A DNA stretch of 64,000 nucleotides from a virus (IMGVR_UViG_2548876794_000003:64001-128000); one strand, 5' to 3'. Shown: positions 18,253 through 29,463, counted from the first letter of the stretch. A program made the numbers and translations. The notes: a model not told the origin generated them from the letters alone.

Positions 18253-19005
18253 ATGTACACACAATTCGGTCTAGTGGGAATGGTCTTTGATCCAGATAAG
18301 GATCACATCGCCATTGAATTCTCACTTGCACTAGAAGCTAGTACGGTAAATCTAAACACGCTTATTTTGTCTGATAAAGAGATTGGTGAAGAAGTTCCCT
18401 TCACTGTTTCTGTAGATAAAAATAGCGTGTATGTTAAACCGACTAGCTCCAATACAAGCGTATATATAGTAACACTACGACGAGGTATCACATCTATTAC
18501 AGGAGATAAGTTGGATCGCACCTTCCGCTACCATGTAGCAACTGGCATCACAATTGAGGACCGACCAACAATTAGCTATCCAGTAGACTTCCAGCGATTG
18601 GACGAACCACGTTTAGAAATCAAACCAGACAAGGCAGATGTATCACATTATGAAGTTGAGGTGAGTTCCGACACAGCATTTCACAAGAAAAGCTTTCGCG
18701 CAATTGTTAGCGGAAAAACGAAACTCAATTATGACTTGCCAGCAGAAGGGCAGTACTACGTGCGCGTCCGTACAATCGACGGTGACGAGCATGGAGTATG
18801 GTCAGATGCCGTTTCATTTATTTACGAAGCAGACTCCTGCGATAAGAAAGGCGATGAAGCAAATGAAGGTCCTTCTATCGAAACAGACCTTATCTGTACA
18901 AGCCAACCAGAATCGGGCACGAAACCAAAGTCGTTCATATTTGAATTCGATGAAGATATTGACGAATTTATTGGACGAATCAAAGTTGAAAAGAGGTTGA
19001 TCTAA
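18253..19005 (+). CDS. Ig-like/FN3 domain structural protein
   Basis: IEFS..L...TV, YEVEVS, YYVRVR...GVWS. Confidence 0.6.
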   Translation: MYTQFGLVGMVFDPDKDHIAIEFSLALEASTVNLNTLILSDKEIGEEVPFTVSVDKNSVYVKPTSSNTSVYIVTLRRGITSITGDKLDRTFRYHVATGITIEDRPTISYPVDFQRLDEPRLEIKPDKADVSHYEVEVSSDTAFHKKSFRAIVSGKTKLNYDLPAEGQYYVRVRTIDGDEHGVWSDAVSFIYEADSCDKKGDEANEGPSIETDLICTSQPESGTKPKSFIFEFDEDIDEFIGRIKVEKRLI

Positions 19006-19628
19006 TGCGTAAATCAGTCGAGTTCGATGTGAAGATTTATGATAACAAAATTGAAATCATTCCATTGGAAGAAGTAGACGGTAATCATAACTATGAAATA
19101 ACAATCGAAGATATACAGGCTAAGAATTCTAATCGTTCACTAGAGCGAATTAAATACAATTTCACAACAGAAATGTACCCATGTTTCGTATCGCTTGAAT
19201 CAGTGAAGTCGCTAGTAGAGGATCTTGGTTTAGACGACAACCTATTGCTTTATTACATTCGCGAAGCATCTGAGGAAGCAGAGTACCGTTCGAGCTGCCC
19301 AATTGATTACGACAAGTTGCCATTTTGGGTACGACAGTATGTACGGTACAAAGCAGCCTACGATGCATTGTTCCGTACGATGTTATCGAATGTGCCAGAA
19401 GCAGGGTACAGCGGTACGTTGGCAGACATCACATTCAACAACCCATCATCGCAAGCGTCTGCTAAATCAGTATTAAATGAGTTAAAAGGTGAACTTGATA
19501 AATGGAAGCAAGAAGTTGAAAACTGTGGGCAGTATGGCTACGCTGAACCACGTCGCACAATTCACCATATTAGAAATCGTAACCATGGCCATCACGTTAA
19601 TTTAACTACCATTGGAAGGTTGCGATAA
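19005..19628 (+). CDS. head-tail adaptor (neck) protein
   Basis: Synteny; YIREAS..A, QYVRYKAAYD helical motif. Confidence 0.5.
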   Translation: MRKSVEFDVKIYDNKIEIIPLEEVDGNHNYEITIEDIQAKNSNRSLERIKYNFTTEMYPCFVSLESVKSLVEDLGLDDNLLLYYIREASEEAEYRSSCPIDYDKLPFWVRQYVRYKAAYDALFRTMLSNVPEAGYSGTLADITFNNPSSQASAKSVLNELKGELDKWKQEVENCGQYGYAEPRRTIHHIRNRNHGHHVNLTTIGRLR

Positions 19629-19631
19629 ACA

Positions 19632-20078
19632 ATGAATCATTTTGACAAAGGCATTGAACGTATCATCAATAAGCTACAAACCGATTCGTATGCAATTATT
19701 CGTGGGGACATTATTTGTTCCTGCGTCGATTATGCAACGAAGCAAGCTAATCCCGACTGTCCTAAATGCTTGGGACTAGGGCGCAACCTGCGCATCAAAT
19801 CTATTAAGGCAGCCATTCGCACGAGTGAAGGTAGCTTTCAAAACATGGCGGTCGATGAAAAATCCGTTGTTTACAAAGGCTATATGACAGAGCGATACAG
19901 TCGCTTACTCAGTAAAGATGACGTTGTGGTTGAAGGAATGAATGCTTATCACGTTACTAAGAAATCTGACAAACGTTCGGATAGTATTACACCTGTTTAC
20001 AGTGTTGTGTTCTTGGCACCAAAGAAAAAGAATCCCGAGAAATTCGTTCGGAAGTTCTATGAGGTGATGAATAAATGA
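19632..20078 (+). CDS. head closure/neck protein with Zn finger
   Basis: CSC...CPKCLGLG motif; synteny. Confidence 0.55.
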   Translation: MNHFDKGIERIINKLQTDSYAIIRGDIICSCVDYATKQANPDCPKCLGLGRNLRIKSIKAAIRTSEGSFQNMAVDEKSVVYKGYMTERYSRLLSKDDVVVEGMNAYHVTKKSDKRSDSITPVYSVVFLAPKKKNPEKFVRKFYEVMNK

Positions 20079-21060
20079 CCAGCATTTTATTTTCTGGAAA
20101 GGCGAAAACACTAGCATCTATCTGCGAGCCACAAACATTTAATACATACGAAGAAGCGTACGAATACTTCGGGGACTGCGAGCTTGTAGATGCTTATAAA
20201 ACTGCAAAGGTGTTTGGAGTAGAAGATGTGTACCTTGTAAATATGCAGGAGAAAACAGACCATATTGATTTTGTTGAATTGGTAGAGAATGTACCGGTCG
20301 ATTACTTTGTGCCATTGGATATTCATATCAATGATCGCTTCTATGATTTGGTAGACGGCGCATATCTTCACTATGCAGTCGACTACATGAATAGAATGAG
20401 CCCCATGAGTAAAGTGACCGTACTGTTCACTGACGAGCATGCATCGCTGTATGAAGATATTGATGAATACCTTGAAGCAGTACGAAAGGGTAGAGATGCA
20501 ATCTACAAACAAACAGCAACTCAAAACGGTGGTTCACGAATCGCTTATGTAGCAAATAACTTGCTTAATTATCCATTTGCGAATGTAGCACTAGGGTGCC
20601 TTCTCGAAACGACAGGGGTACTCGATGCAATTAAATATGTAGGTCTAGGGAATTCGGTATTCGATTTATCCATTGAAGATATGGGAGACATGGAAGTTGC
20701 ATACTTTCGTACAGATGTAGATGGTATCGCTCATGGTGAAAACCTATTGAATTTCGCTCCAAACAGTTCGGTCGTTAAATCTATTTTAGTAGATCGACTA
20801 TTAAAATACATAGATGCCTACATTAACGTAGATCAATACATAGGACGACTAAATCGTCCATACATACAAAACTTAATTCGTAATGCTATCGACAAAGCGT
20901 TTGAAGCATTAAAAAATCACGATACGTGAAGGATTATGAAATCTTAAATGTGGAGTTTGTAAGACAAACGAATTACACATACAGCGTTATCGTTAACGCA
21001 GCTATTTCTATTCCATTCTCGACCGAACGTATTCGTGTGGAATTTGAAGGAGATAACTAA
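20075..21060 (+). CDS. short tail-sheath-like protein; full length needs a -1 shift at A6 20911-20916
   Basis: N-terminus resembles the sheath N-terminus (EAYEYFG..LVDAYK.A). The -1 frame continues SRYVKDYEILNVEF...IRVEFEGDN to TAA 21060, next to the following start. Confidence 0.55.
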
Positions 21061-21061
21061 C

Positions 21062-21897
21062 ATGAAAAGCAGAAGTGGAATAAACTCTACAGCATCTTTC
21101 GAATGCTTACTTGCTGACCATACGGAGCGATTAGCACCTCTATCTGTGAGCAAGCCTCGAAAAAAATCAGAGGTGCAAAAGCCCACAGATCCCAATAAAG
21201 ACAAGGAGTTAGAGGATTACTTAGAAAAAATAAAGATAAAATACAAGATATTTTACAAGAATCGAATAAAGACGCTTCTACAGACGGTACTAATAATGGT
21301 GACGAGGATAAAACCGAAGTCATCAATCCAAACGCAAGTAAATCACTCAAAGCAGATGGCAACGCTTCTATCGAAGATTTCATTGAGATGGTCGGTATGG
21401 TGATTGCAAAAACAACAGATGAAGATATTGAATTCTGTTTCAACGAAGGAGACCGCATCAAGCGGGACCCAGACGTAGACATCAATAAGACCTTTATCCG
21501 TTACAACATTTTAAGTCGAACACCGGAGAGAGAATTGAAGCCTGTACCGCGTGAAGAATACATTGCAGAGAAAGGCGTTCCCAAAAGCGAACGTCGTGTT
21601 CTCAGTGTAAGAGCGCAACGGTTCCGTTCAATCATTCAATTCGACGTCTTTGCAGCTGATTACAAGCAAGCAACTAAAGCTATGAATGAATTAGAAGACG
21701 CCATCTTCTCATATATGCATTACTTCAAACGTAATGGCGTCGGGGAGATCATCTTTAAGCAGCAACTAACCGATACGGCACTAGACACATATCGAGAGAA
21801 TTTTTCGATTAAAAGTCTGCAATATCAAGTGGTTACAGAAAAGCAATTTGTTATTTTCGATGGCATCATTGATGACCTTGAAATAGCGACAACTTAA
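21062..21897 (+). CDS. tail completion/terminator-like protein; needs a -1 shift at A6 21225-21230
   Basis: SD AAGGAG plus ATG 21062; the frame of 21388-21897 is open back to 21199 with no start codon; IIQFDVFAADY motif; lies just before the sheath. Confidence 0.55.
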
Positions 21898-21913
21898 AGG
21901 AGGATTCCTACCA

Positions 21914-24900
21914 ATGGGACTTATTGAAAACGAAGCATTACTGCCAGGTACATTAACGGAAGTAACAAGCGAATATAGCTACGGCTACGACACATCACAA
22001 TTCGGTACAACTGAATCAATCGTGATTGTTGGTACTGCCTTCCATGGACCAACTGGCGCAGCAATTGCAATCTACTCACCAGAACACGCTGAATACATGT
22101 TTGGTAAAGGGTACGATTCAAACACGAAGAAAGAAGCTACTTTAGTTCCAGCAATTAAAGATGCTTACGAAAAAGGCTGTCGCACAATTTACGCAGTACG
22201 CGTATCTGGTGAAAACGCCGAGAAGGATTACGAGTTCGCAGTAGATTCTAGCTTACGTCTACGTATGAAAGCAGCGTTCCCTACGAATGATGCGAAAGAG
22301 TACTTCTTAGTATATGACAATACAGCTGGCGCAGAAAAATTAAAATTCTACAAACCAGCCAACCGCGCAACAATCGTCGAGAAACGTTTGGGCCTAGTTG
22401 AAGCGGAAAACGCAGTACTTGTTAATACAATTGAGCTTGCAAATGATTATTCGTTAGATAGTAACTCTGAATTATCAGAAGTAATTGATCTATTAAACGA
22501 TCACCAATACAACAACGTTCTTCGCTTATCTATCGTAGATGAATCGGGCGTTGAGGTTACAACTAGCAGTGAAGAAGCTCGACGTTTAACACTAGGCGCT
22601 TTACTACCAGGCCTATATACAATCGGTCGTTCAAATTCTATCTGTACACCAGTCACTACACTAGATTATAAACTTTGCATTGAAGATGAAGATAAACCAT
22701 TCAAATCGTTTGATGGTGTTGTTTACAAACAAATCATCTTGAATACAGATGTTTCATCTGACTATCCAGTGTTCTCTGCATCACATGCGCCATTAAAAGA
22801 AATCTTAAATGAAGTGGCCATCTTCACATCGGCACCATTCGATTTCTTAGAAACGCAAGGTCTAGTTGACCGCGCATTCGAAAAAGACAACACAGACTAC
22901 GAAGAAGTAGCTATTTCAAACTTCGAGCTTTATAAAAAATTAGGCTCTGGTTATGCGACTACAGCATACGCTGAACGTCGTGTTAAAAAAGATGCAACAG
23001 GTAAAGTGATTAAAGAATTAGCGCCACGCGTTAAAGAAACGCCACTTACTGATGCAAACCGCGTACAAGAAATTCCTGACGGTATCTATTCTGTAATTCA
23101 AAACTTATCTACAGATTACCGCGTATTAGCTGGCGTTGGCGCAGATGAAGAAATCAAAGACCGCGTTCCTCGTGCGAAAGATTTCCAAGTTGTTTCTCCA
23201 ATCAGTGCGAATGTATTCAGTAGCATGATTAAAGCAACACCGATCGTCAATGAAGATGCAATCGACAATGATTTTGTTAAATCGTACAAATTCGAAATTC
23301 ATGAAGTTGAAGAAGAAGATACGATGACCGCTTCAATTGATTCTGTTTACACAGATGAAGTGATGGAAGTTCTTCCATTATTATCTTATACAACACAAGA
23401 TGAATTAGACAAAATCAAAAAAATGAATATCGAAAACGGCACACGTACTTTAGTTAAAGACAATGGTACTGGCAAAGTAAACTTATTCATTTATGACGAA
23501 AACAACGGCTACCGTAAATTCTCTAACGCATTACTTGAAAACAAACTGGTTATCTCTGACGGCAAAATCTACAAAGGTATTGCAACAGATGGTGTAGTTG
23601 ATTTCCAAGAAGTAGCGGTAGGGGACGACGGTTTCGAAGTACAAACAGGTGAAACAACTTCTGTTAAATACCAATTCGTATTAGGTGAAAATAATGCGCA
23701 TGTTTATGTATTTGAAGTATTAGCTGCTAACTTAACACAAACTGTCTACGCTGATCCTGCTGCATTAGCTGCTGGTAAAGTGGTTACACCATTAGGTGAC
23801 GCAGAAACAATGTTCTCTGAAAATGAAGAGAAAACAGTTATCTACGCACAATCAAACTACTTCGAGATGAACCCAGTTATCGTTCGTAGTGCTTACATGG
23901 ATAACCTTACAATCGAAGAATTAGTTGAAATGCTAAATGGTCACTCTGCATTAAATCATATCTTCACATTCGACATGACAGAAGCGGGCATGAAAGAAAA
24001 AGATTCATACCTATCTGAGATTGCTGAGATCACTGCGCCAGACGTAGAGAACCCAGCAACAGGCGAAATTGCAGTCGTGTTATTCCATGAGTCAGTTGAA
24101 TTAAAAGAGGACCGCGAGATTGTTTATAACTACTCTCAATACATCCCTTATAAAACATCTGACAACTTTGCTCGTCAATTAGCGCAACACGCTACATACA
24201 CAACGCTGAAAACTGGTACTACTCATGGTGTTATCGGTCTTAAATTGCAAGGCGATAAATCGTTAAAAGGCGTAAAGGCTCGTGAAGAACGTCTAATGGA
24301 ACTTGACTTCGATTTACACGCTAAAACAAAACAAGGTAAACCAATGATTGGCCGTAACAGCGAGCCTTATCCAATTGGCGATAACGTATCAATCACAGAA
24401 TTCCAAAGCGACTTCATTGATGAAGACAACTCTAAATTCACAATGAACGGTGCCGCTGCATACGCTGGTATGGTAACTGTATTGTCGAAAGACCAAAGCT
24501 CTACAAACCAACCAATCGCTTTACGCTCTGTGAACTATACATACTCTAACTACCAACTATCACGCTTAACACAAGCTGGTTTCGTTACAGTGAAAGATAC
24601 AGTTACAAACGGCCTTGTTATTACTGATGGTGTAACAATGGCACAAGCTGACGATCCAATGCGTCGTTTATCTGTTAAACGTGTGCTTAGTGAAGTAACG
24701 AAAATCATTCGTGCTGCTGGTGATCCATTCATTGGTAAACCAAACAACGACTCGAACCGTAACTCACTTCAAACTGCAATCAAGTCTGGTCTTGAATCAA
24801 TCAAAGGCGTGTTAATCGACGGCTACCGTTTCACACTGAATACGGACCGTAACACTCAGAAGTATTCATACATCGACATTGATTATGCAATTCGTCCAGT

Positions 24901-24952
24901 ATACGAAATCCGAGAAATCCGCAACCGCATTACTGTACAAGACGAAATCTAA
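21914..24952 (+). CDS. contractile tail sheath protein (1012 aa)
   Basis: LPGTLTE, VIVGTAFHGP at the N-terminus; LTQAGFVT, RRLSVKR, PFIGKPN, IRPVYEIREI at the C-terminus. Confidence 0.88.
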   Translation: MGLIENEALLPGTLTEVTSEYSYGYDTSQFGTTESIVIVGTAFHGPTGAAIAIYSPEHAEYMFGKGYDSNTKKEATLVPAIKDAYEKGCRTIYAVRVSGENAEKDYEFAVDSSLRLRMKAAFPTNDAKEYFLVYDNTAGAEKLKFYKPANRATIVEKRLGLVEAENAVLVNTIELANDYSLDSNSELSEVIDLLNDHQYNNVLRLSIVDESGVEVTTSSEEARRLTLGALLPGLYTIGRSNSICTPVTTLDYKLCIEDEDKPFKSFDGVVYKQIILNTDVSSDYPVFSASHAPLKEILNEVAIFTSAPFDFLETQGLVDRAFEKDNTDYEEVAISNFELYKKLGSGYATTAYAERRVKKDATGKVIKELAPRVKETPLTDANRVQEIPDGIYSVIQNLSTDYRVLAGVGADEEIKDRVPRAKDFQVVSPISANVFSSMIKATPIVNEDAIDNDFVKSYKFEIHEVEEEDTMTASIDSVYTDEVMEVLPLLSYTTQDELDKIKKMNIENGTRTLVKDNGTGKVNLFIYDENNGYRKFSNALLENKLVISDGKIYKGIATDGVVDFQEVAVGDDGFEVQTGETTSVKYQFVLGENNAHVYVFEVLAANLTQTVYADPAALAAGKVVTPLGDAETMFSENEEKTVIYAQSNYFEMNPVIVRSAYMDNLTIEELVEMLNGHSALNHIFTFDMTEAGMKEKDSYLSEIAEITAPDVENPATGEIAVVLFHESVELKEDREIVYNYSQYIPYKTSDNFARQLAQHATYTTLKTGTTHGVIGLKLQGDKSLKGVKAREERLMELDFDLHAKTKQGKPMIGRNSEPYPIGDNVSITEFQSDFIDEDNSKFTMNGAAAYAGMVTVLSKDQSSTNQPIALRSVNYTYSNYQLSRLTQAGFVTVKDTVTNGLVITDGVTMAQADDPMRRLSVKRVLSEVTKIIRAAGDPFIGKPNNDSNRNSLQTAIKSGLESIKGVLIDGYRFTLNTDRNTQKYSYIDIDYAIRPVYEIREIRNRITVQDEI

Positions 24953-25013
24953 TAGGTCGCGGCGATGCCGCTTCCTTCTATATTAATACATACATAATAA
25001 GGAGTGTCTCTCA

Positions 25014-25649
25014 ATGACAGCATATAACAACTCAATGACTTCTGAGTATACTCAAACGTATACTACATTCTCTGGTTGCGATATTGTATGTAGCTTTGGT
25101 GCCGTAGTAATCGGTTCATTACAAGCTATTACATACTCTATTTCTCGTGAGAAAGCGCCTAACTATACTTTCGGGAGTGCCGAAGTAAGAAGTTTCAGTC
25201 GTGGTAAACGCGGGATTGCCGGTTCAATGGTGTTCTCAGTATTTGACCAAGATGCTTTACTACAAGCGCTGAAAAAACAATCTGGTACAATTAACAAAAT
25301 CGGTAATGTAAATGGTGACATTTCAACAGACTCTCCATTATCAATTGATGAATGGGATGACTTAATGACAGGTAAAATTGCTTCATCTACAAATGCGGTA
25401 GAACGTACAAACGCTATCGTTGATGAAGTAGAACCACATTATGCCGATGAAATTCCACCATTCGATGTAACAATTTCATTCGCCAACGAATACGGCCAAA
25501 AATCTGTAATCGTTATCTATGGTCTTGAAATTATCAATGAAGGTACTGGTTTCTCAACCGACACTGTAACTTCTGAACGTGCTTGCACATTCGTAGCTCG
25601 CCGCGTCGATCCGATGAAAACTGTTGATAGCGACACAGTTTCAGGCTAA
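25014..25649 (+). CDS. tail tube protein
   Basis: Follows sheath; FSGCDI, LQAITYS, RGKRGIAGSMVF, DEIPPFDVTISFANEYG. Confidence 0.8.
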   Translation: MTAYNNSMTSEYTQTYTTFSGCDIVCSFGAVVIGSLQAITYSISREKAPNYTFGSAEVRSFSRGKRGIAGSMVFSVFDQDALLQALKKQSGTINKIGNVNGDISTDSPLSIDEWDDLMTGKIASSTNAVERTNAIVDEVEPHYADEIPPFDVTISFANEYGQKSVIVIYGLEIINEGTGFSTDTVTSERACTFVARRVDPMKTVDSDTVSG

Positions 25650-25661
25650 AATGGGCTACTG

Positions 25662-25695
25662 AAAAGCGAAGGGCAAAACGCCTTTCGCTTTTTTT
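25662..25695 (+). terminator. intrinsic terminator after the tube gene
   Basis: AAAAGCGAAGGGC-aaaac-GCCTTTCGCTTTTTTT. Confidence 0.85.
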
Positions 25696-25716
25696 ATTAG
25701 AGAGGAGGAGTAATAC

Positions 25717-26517
25717 ATGGTAAAAACAATTACAAAATCAGCAGATGGTGCTTACAATAAGCGTGTAAGTAATGATAAAATCGTGACGTTTCAAAAGAAG
25801 ATAGACGATAAGTACAAGAGCAAAAATCGCTTTAGTGACTTTAAGCGAACAAACACTTCTTTCTCCGGATGCGACATGGTGGCTTCGGTTCATATCGAAC
25901 TCCCCAGCAAGAACGATCCGAGCAAGGTGAGCTCACATACGCTGGTCATCGGTGAAATGCAGACGTTCACCTATTCTGTACATATGGATAAATACCCTGT
26001 GCGTTCGCTTGGCAACGTGAATGCAAAAGCTTTTACAGAAGGGCCACGTACAATTGCAGGGACACTAATCTTCTCTGTGTTCGACCGCCATTTTTATCAA
26101 CGTATTCTAAGTCTTGCGGAATCAACTGGTAACTATGTAGATTCAAAGCACAGTTTGATGGATGAACTTCCACCATTCGACATCACAATCAGCTTCACGA
26201 ATGAGTATGGCTCGAAAGCACATTTAACAGTCTATGGTATTAGCATCATTGATGAAGGACAAGTTATGAGTATGAATGACATTTATACAGAAAACACGTA
26301 TCAGTATATGGCCAACGACATTGAATACATGACAACAGAAGATGTCGTCTATCGTGATTCGGAAAAAACGTACAATTTAATCGGTGTAAATGACACCAAA
26401 ACCAAAGCGTCTTCTTATAAGCCTGTCGCATCTAGCTTACACAGTTCTGACAAAGAGGGTGCGGAGGATGCAGATGTATCAGAAGATAAGAAAAATAATA
26501 GCGTTTCTGCTAAATAA
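25717..26517 (+). CDS. tail tube-like paralog 2
   Basis: FSGCDM, GPRTIAGTLIFSVFD, DELPPFDITISFTNEYG match 25014-25649. Confidence 0.75.
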   Translation: MVKTITKSADGAYNKRVSNDKIVTFQKKIDDKYKSKNRFSDFKRTNTSFSGCDMVASVHIELPSKNDPSKVSSHTLVIGEMQTFTYSVHMDKYPVRSLGNVNAKAFTEGPRTIAGTLIFSVFDRHFYQRILSLAESTGNYVDSKHSLMDELPPFDITISFTNEYGSKAHLTVYGISIIDEGQVMSMNDIYTENTYQYMANDIEYMTTEDVVYRDSEKTYNLIGVNDTKTKASSYKPVASSLHSSDKEGAEDADVSEDKKNNSVSAK

Positions 26518-26534
26518 ACTAGGGAGGGGAATAA

Positions 26535-28205
26535 ATGAATTTTAATATTCGAGATAAGAACGGATACGTTGTTAAGCATGGACCGTTCCATAGCAAATAC
26601 GATATACCAGTAGAGCAAGACGATTACGCTATCGACATTCTAGACGAAGCGGGTGATGTTGTTAAAACGCAGCTACTTACCTATCACGATGAATCACATC
26701 AACATAACATTTCCATTTGCTACATCTTAGGTAACGAAATGCTAGTCGCTTCGAATGAGAGCGTTGACGTAACAATTACTTCTTCGGAAGGGGAAAAGTC
26801 AACGATGATTGCAACATCAACACCACAGCCGTTGTACGCGCATGACGGGGTGAACATCCTTTCAATCAACAACCACGAGAAAACATTTGAAGTTAAAAAC
26901 GATTCGAATGTAATGAGTGCTTTCTTTGGCACAGACGAATTGTCGCCGCTTCGTTATTTTGAAACATTGACAGATGCCGTAGATAAATATGACGCTGTTC
27001 AAAAAATGAATCGTATCTTAGTAACACAGTATGAGAATACAGGCATTCGATACATGAACAATCGCATCTATTTAAATAACCAGGACATCGCTAAATGTAT
27101 TGTGCGCGACGCTACTACACAACGAGTTATTTGCACGTTATTTGACGAAGGGGCATTACCAACTGGACAAAATGAATTATGCCGAGTAGATGCCTATGAT
27201 GAAAAAGGGGACTACTTATGTAGCCAGTTCTGCGTTTGCTTTGAACAGGAGAGCTTACAAACGGTCCTTAGCAATAAAAAGGCATGGATGAATGACTATC
27301 GTTTGTATATTGAACGCAACAGTTACCTATACGAAACGGAGCCAGAAGATGTGACTCAATTTAATTTACTTAGAGGGTTCCATAAAGAACGCTATGAATT
27401 TGCGCCACCGTCGTTAGTTGAAGCTAATGATGAAGGGTTGCTATATGAATTAGGTATTGACGAGGAAGTAATCGGTGAGCTATTTACAGACCTCACATTA
27501 GCTGTTGCTTCTATAGATCAGTACGATCCAAATGCAACCTATCGTATGGCAATTGATAAATCAGAGTTTACAATCGAATGGACTTTGATTAAAATGTTAG
27601 GCGATCCTGCTTGCTACTGGATTGAATCAGATGGTAATGCCATTACGCCTATCGTTTTCATCAGTGAAGAAGTAGAGCGTATGCAAACAATGGCCGCTTA
27701 CGACAGCAATACATACATAACGAAATATCTACCAGCTATCCGACAAGTAGAGACATCTGACACGATTGCTATGTTCAATTCGTTCAATGGTTCGGAAGCA
27801 ACGACAACATACGAAATACCATATAGCTTCGCATCGCTACTTGTTCAGCACTCATATGCCAACGAGGACGCACTACCAGTAAGCTTCTTTCTATTAAAAG
27901 AGCAGTTTGGTTACATGAGCGAAGATGCTTTCCCGAATGTGTTCACACTTGATCGCACATTAAAACGTTTAATTGTGGATAACGACAATACATACTTACT
28001 ACATATCACTGCATATAATGCAGAGAATCAAAACATCGAATCATTTGTATATGACGACATTTCTCTATTAATGCGTAAATACTACTTGGTTATCGTGACG
28101 GTTTACCACCGTCCATCAAAAACACCAGTTGGGCTGCTTGTTATTCAACCGAATGGCAAGCACATCGAGTATCAGGCTGAACGCTGTAACGTGGAGGTGA
28201 GATAG
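26535..28205 (+). CDS. hypothetical acidic structural protein
   Basis: 556-aa ORF with SD within the tail module. Confidence 0.6.
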   Translation: MNFNIRDKNGYVVKHGPFHSKYDIPVEQDDYAIDILDEAGDVVKTQLLTYHDESHQHNISICYILGNEMLVASNESVDVTITSSEGEKSTMIATSTPQPLYAHDGVNILSINNHEKTFEVKNDSNVMSAFFGTDELSPLRYFETLTDAVDKYDAVQKMNRILVTQYENTGIRYMNNRIYLNNQDIAKCIVRDATTQRVICTLFDEGALPTGQNELCRVDAYDEKGDYLCSQFCVCFEQESLQTVLSNKKAWMNDYRLYIERNSYLYETEPEDVTQFNLLRGFHKERYEFAPPSLVEANDEGLLYELGIDEEVIGELFTDLTLAVASIDQYDPNATYRMAIDKSEFTIEWTLIKMLGDPACYWIESDGNAITPIVFISEEVERMQTMAAYDSNTYITKYLPAIRQVETSDTIAMFNSFNGSEATTTYEIPYSFASLLVQHSYANEDALPVSFFLLKEQFGYMSEDAFPNVFTLDRTLKRLIVDNDNTYLLHITAYNAENQNIESFVYDDISLLMRKYYLVIVTVYHRPSKTPVGLLVIQPNGKHIEYQAERCNVEVR

Positions 28206-28206
28206 C

Positions 28207-28818
28207 ATGTATTCAATTAATACAACGTCACCATTCGTCAATTACGTTCCGACTGGCACCGCTTCAAAGAAAAATGACGCAGGCAAGGTTGCGACAACGT
28301 GGGATTCATCCATTGGCCGCAAACGATACTATTCGTCATTGAATGCGGAAATCTACATAGGCAGTTACTTTATTGATGAAATTATTTCAATTCAATATAG
28401 TGTACAGCAAAACAGTATGCCGCTATCTGGCTACAATTCATACACATACGATGAAGTAGCTAATGGTAGTCGTATCGTTCAAGGTCAATTCGTCATCAAC
28501 TTAACACGTCCTAACTATTTGTTCGACCTAATGAAAAAGGTCAACTTAAACAAAGATGTGGTTGTAGAGAAGAAAAATGGCGAGACCGTTACATACAAAC
28601 AAAAATACACGTCGCTCGAACGAGATAAACGACCATTGTTCTACTCTGAATTCAACATCGAAGTGATGTTCGGCAAGCAGAATTCGCAAGGTGATGCTGC
28701 GTTTCATGTACTTGAAAACGTATCAATCACAGGTAGTCAAATCGCATTAGATACAACTGGGCAACCTGTCGGTGAAGTGTATAGCTTCATGGCAAAAGAC
28801 ATTGTACCAATCGGATAA
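28207..28818 (+). CDS. tail tube-like paralog 3
   Basis: IQYSVQ...GYNSYTYDEVANGSRIVQGQFVIN, EVYSFMAKD. Confidence 0.6.
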   Translation: MYSINTTSPFVNYVPTGTASKKNDAGKVATTWDSSIGRKRYYSSLNAEIYIGSYFIDEIISIQYSVQQNSMPLSGYNSYTYDEVANGSRIVQGQFVINLTRPNYLFDLMKKVNLNKDVVVEKKNGETVTYKQKYTSLERDKRPLFYSEFNIEVMFGKQNSQGDAAFHVLENVSITGSQIALDTTGQPVGEVYSFMAKDIVPIG

Positions 28819-28836
28819 AGAAGGGGAGAACCATTC

Positions 28837-29451
28837 ATGAAAATTAAAGACTTTACTAACGCTGGACTAGCTGACAATTCAGTGGTCGCACCTAGCGAGC
28901 CAGTAGCTCCAGTAGCTATGACAACAGAGAAACAAAATGTTACAGAGGAAATTGAAATCCAAGCAGAAAATGCAACAGAAGAAGTGATGGTTGCACCAAC
29001 AAATGCTATTCAATCAGATACTCCAACGTTTGATTATGCAGATTCAAAAGACTTGTATAAAGGATTAGGAAAACGACCGAAACGCAAGTATGAAAAATTC
29101 GAAGATATTCCAGCCGAAGTCATCGAATCATTTAAACGTAAATACGGTCGCATCTTCTCATTAACATTCCAGAGCGATAAGTTTATTGTACGAACAGTTC
29201 CTCGTGATATTTATACACAAGGTATGCTAAATTCAACTGCAGAATTAACACAAGAAGATTTAGCAAAAGAACACGTTGACTCTCGTAACCAACGCATCTA
29301 TACGCGACAAGAATTCTTCGCATCACAAATTGTTTTATGGCCAGAAGATGCAGAATGGCTATTACGTGAAAACGCAGGTTATGCAGCATCTATTACGGAT
29401 GAAGCGATTTTACGTTCTGGTTTTGAAATCCCTACATCGGAAGAGCTGTAG
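28837..29451 (+). CDS. tail assembly chaperone-like protein A
   Basis: FKRKYGRIF...FIVRTVPRDIY...AG; upstream of the tape-measure-position gene. Confidence 0.55.
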   Translation: MKIKDFTNAGLADNSVVAPSEPVAPVAMTTEKQNVTEEIEIQAENATEEVMVAPTNAIQSDTPTFDYADSKDLYKGLGKRPKRKYEKFEDIPAEVIESFKRKYGRIFSLTFQSDKFIVRTVPRDIYTQGMLNSTAELTQEDLAKEHVDSRNQRIYTRQEFFASQIVLWPEDAEWLLRENAGYAASITDEAILRSGFEIPTSEEL

Positions 29452-29463
29452 GGGGTAACATTT

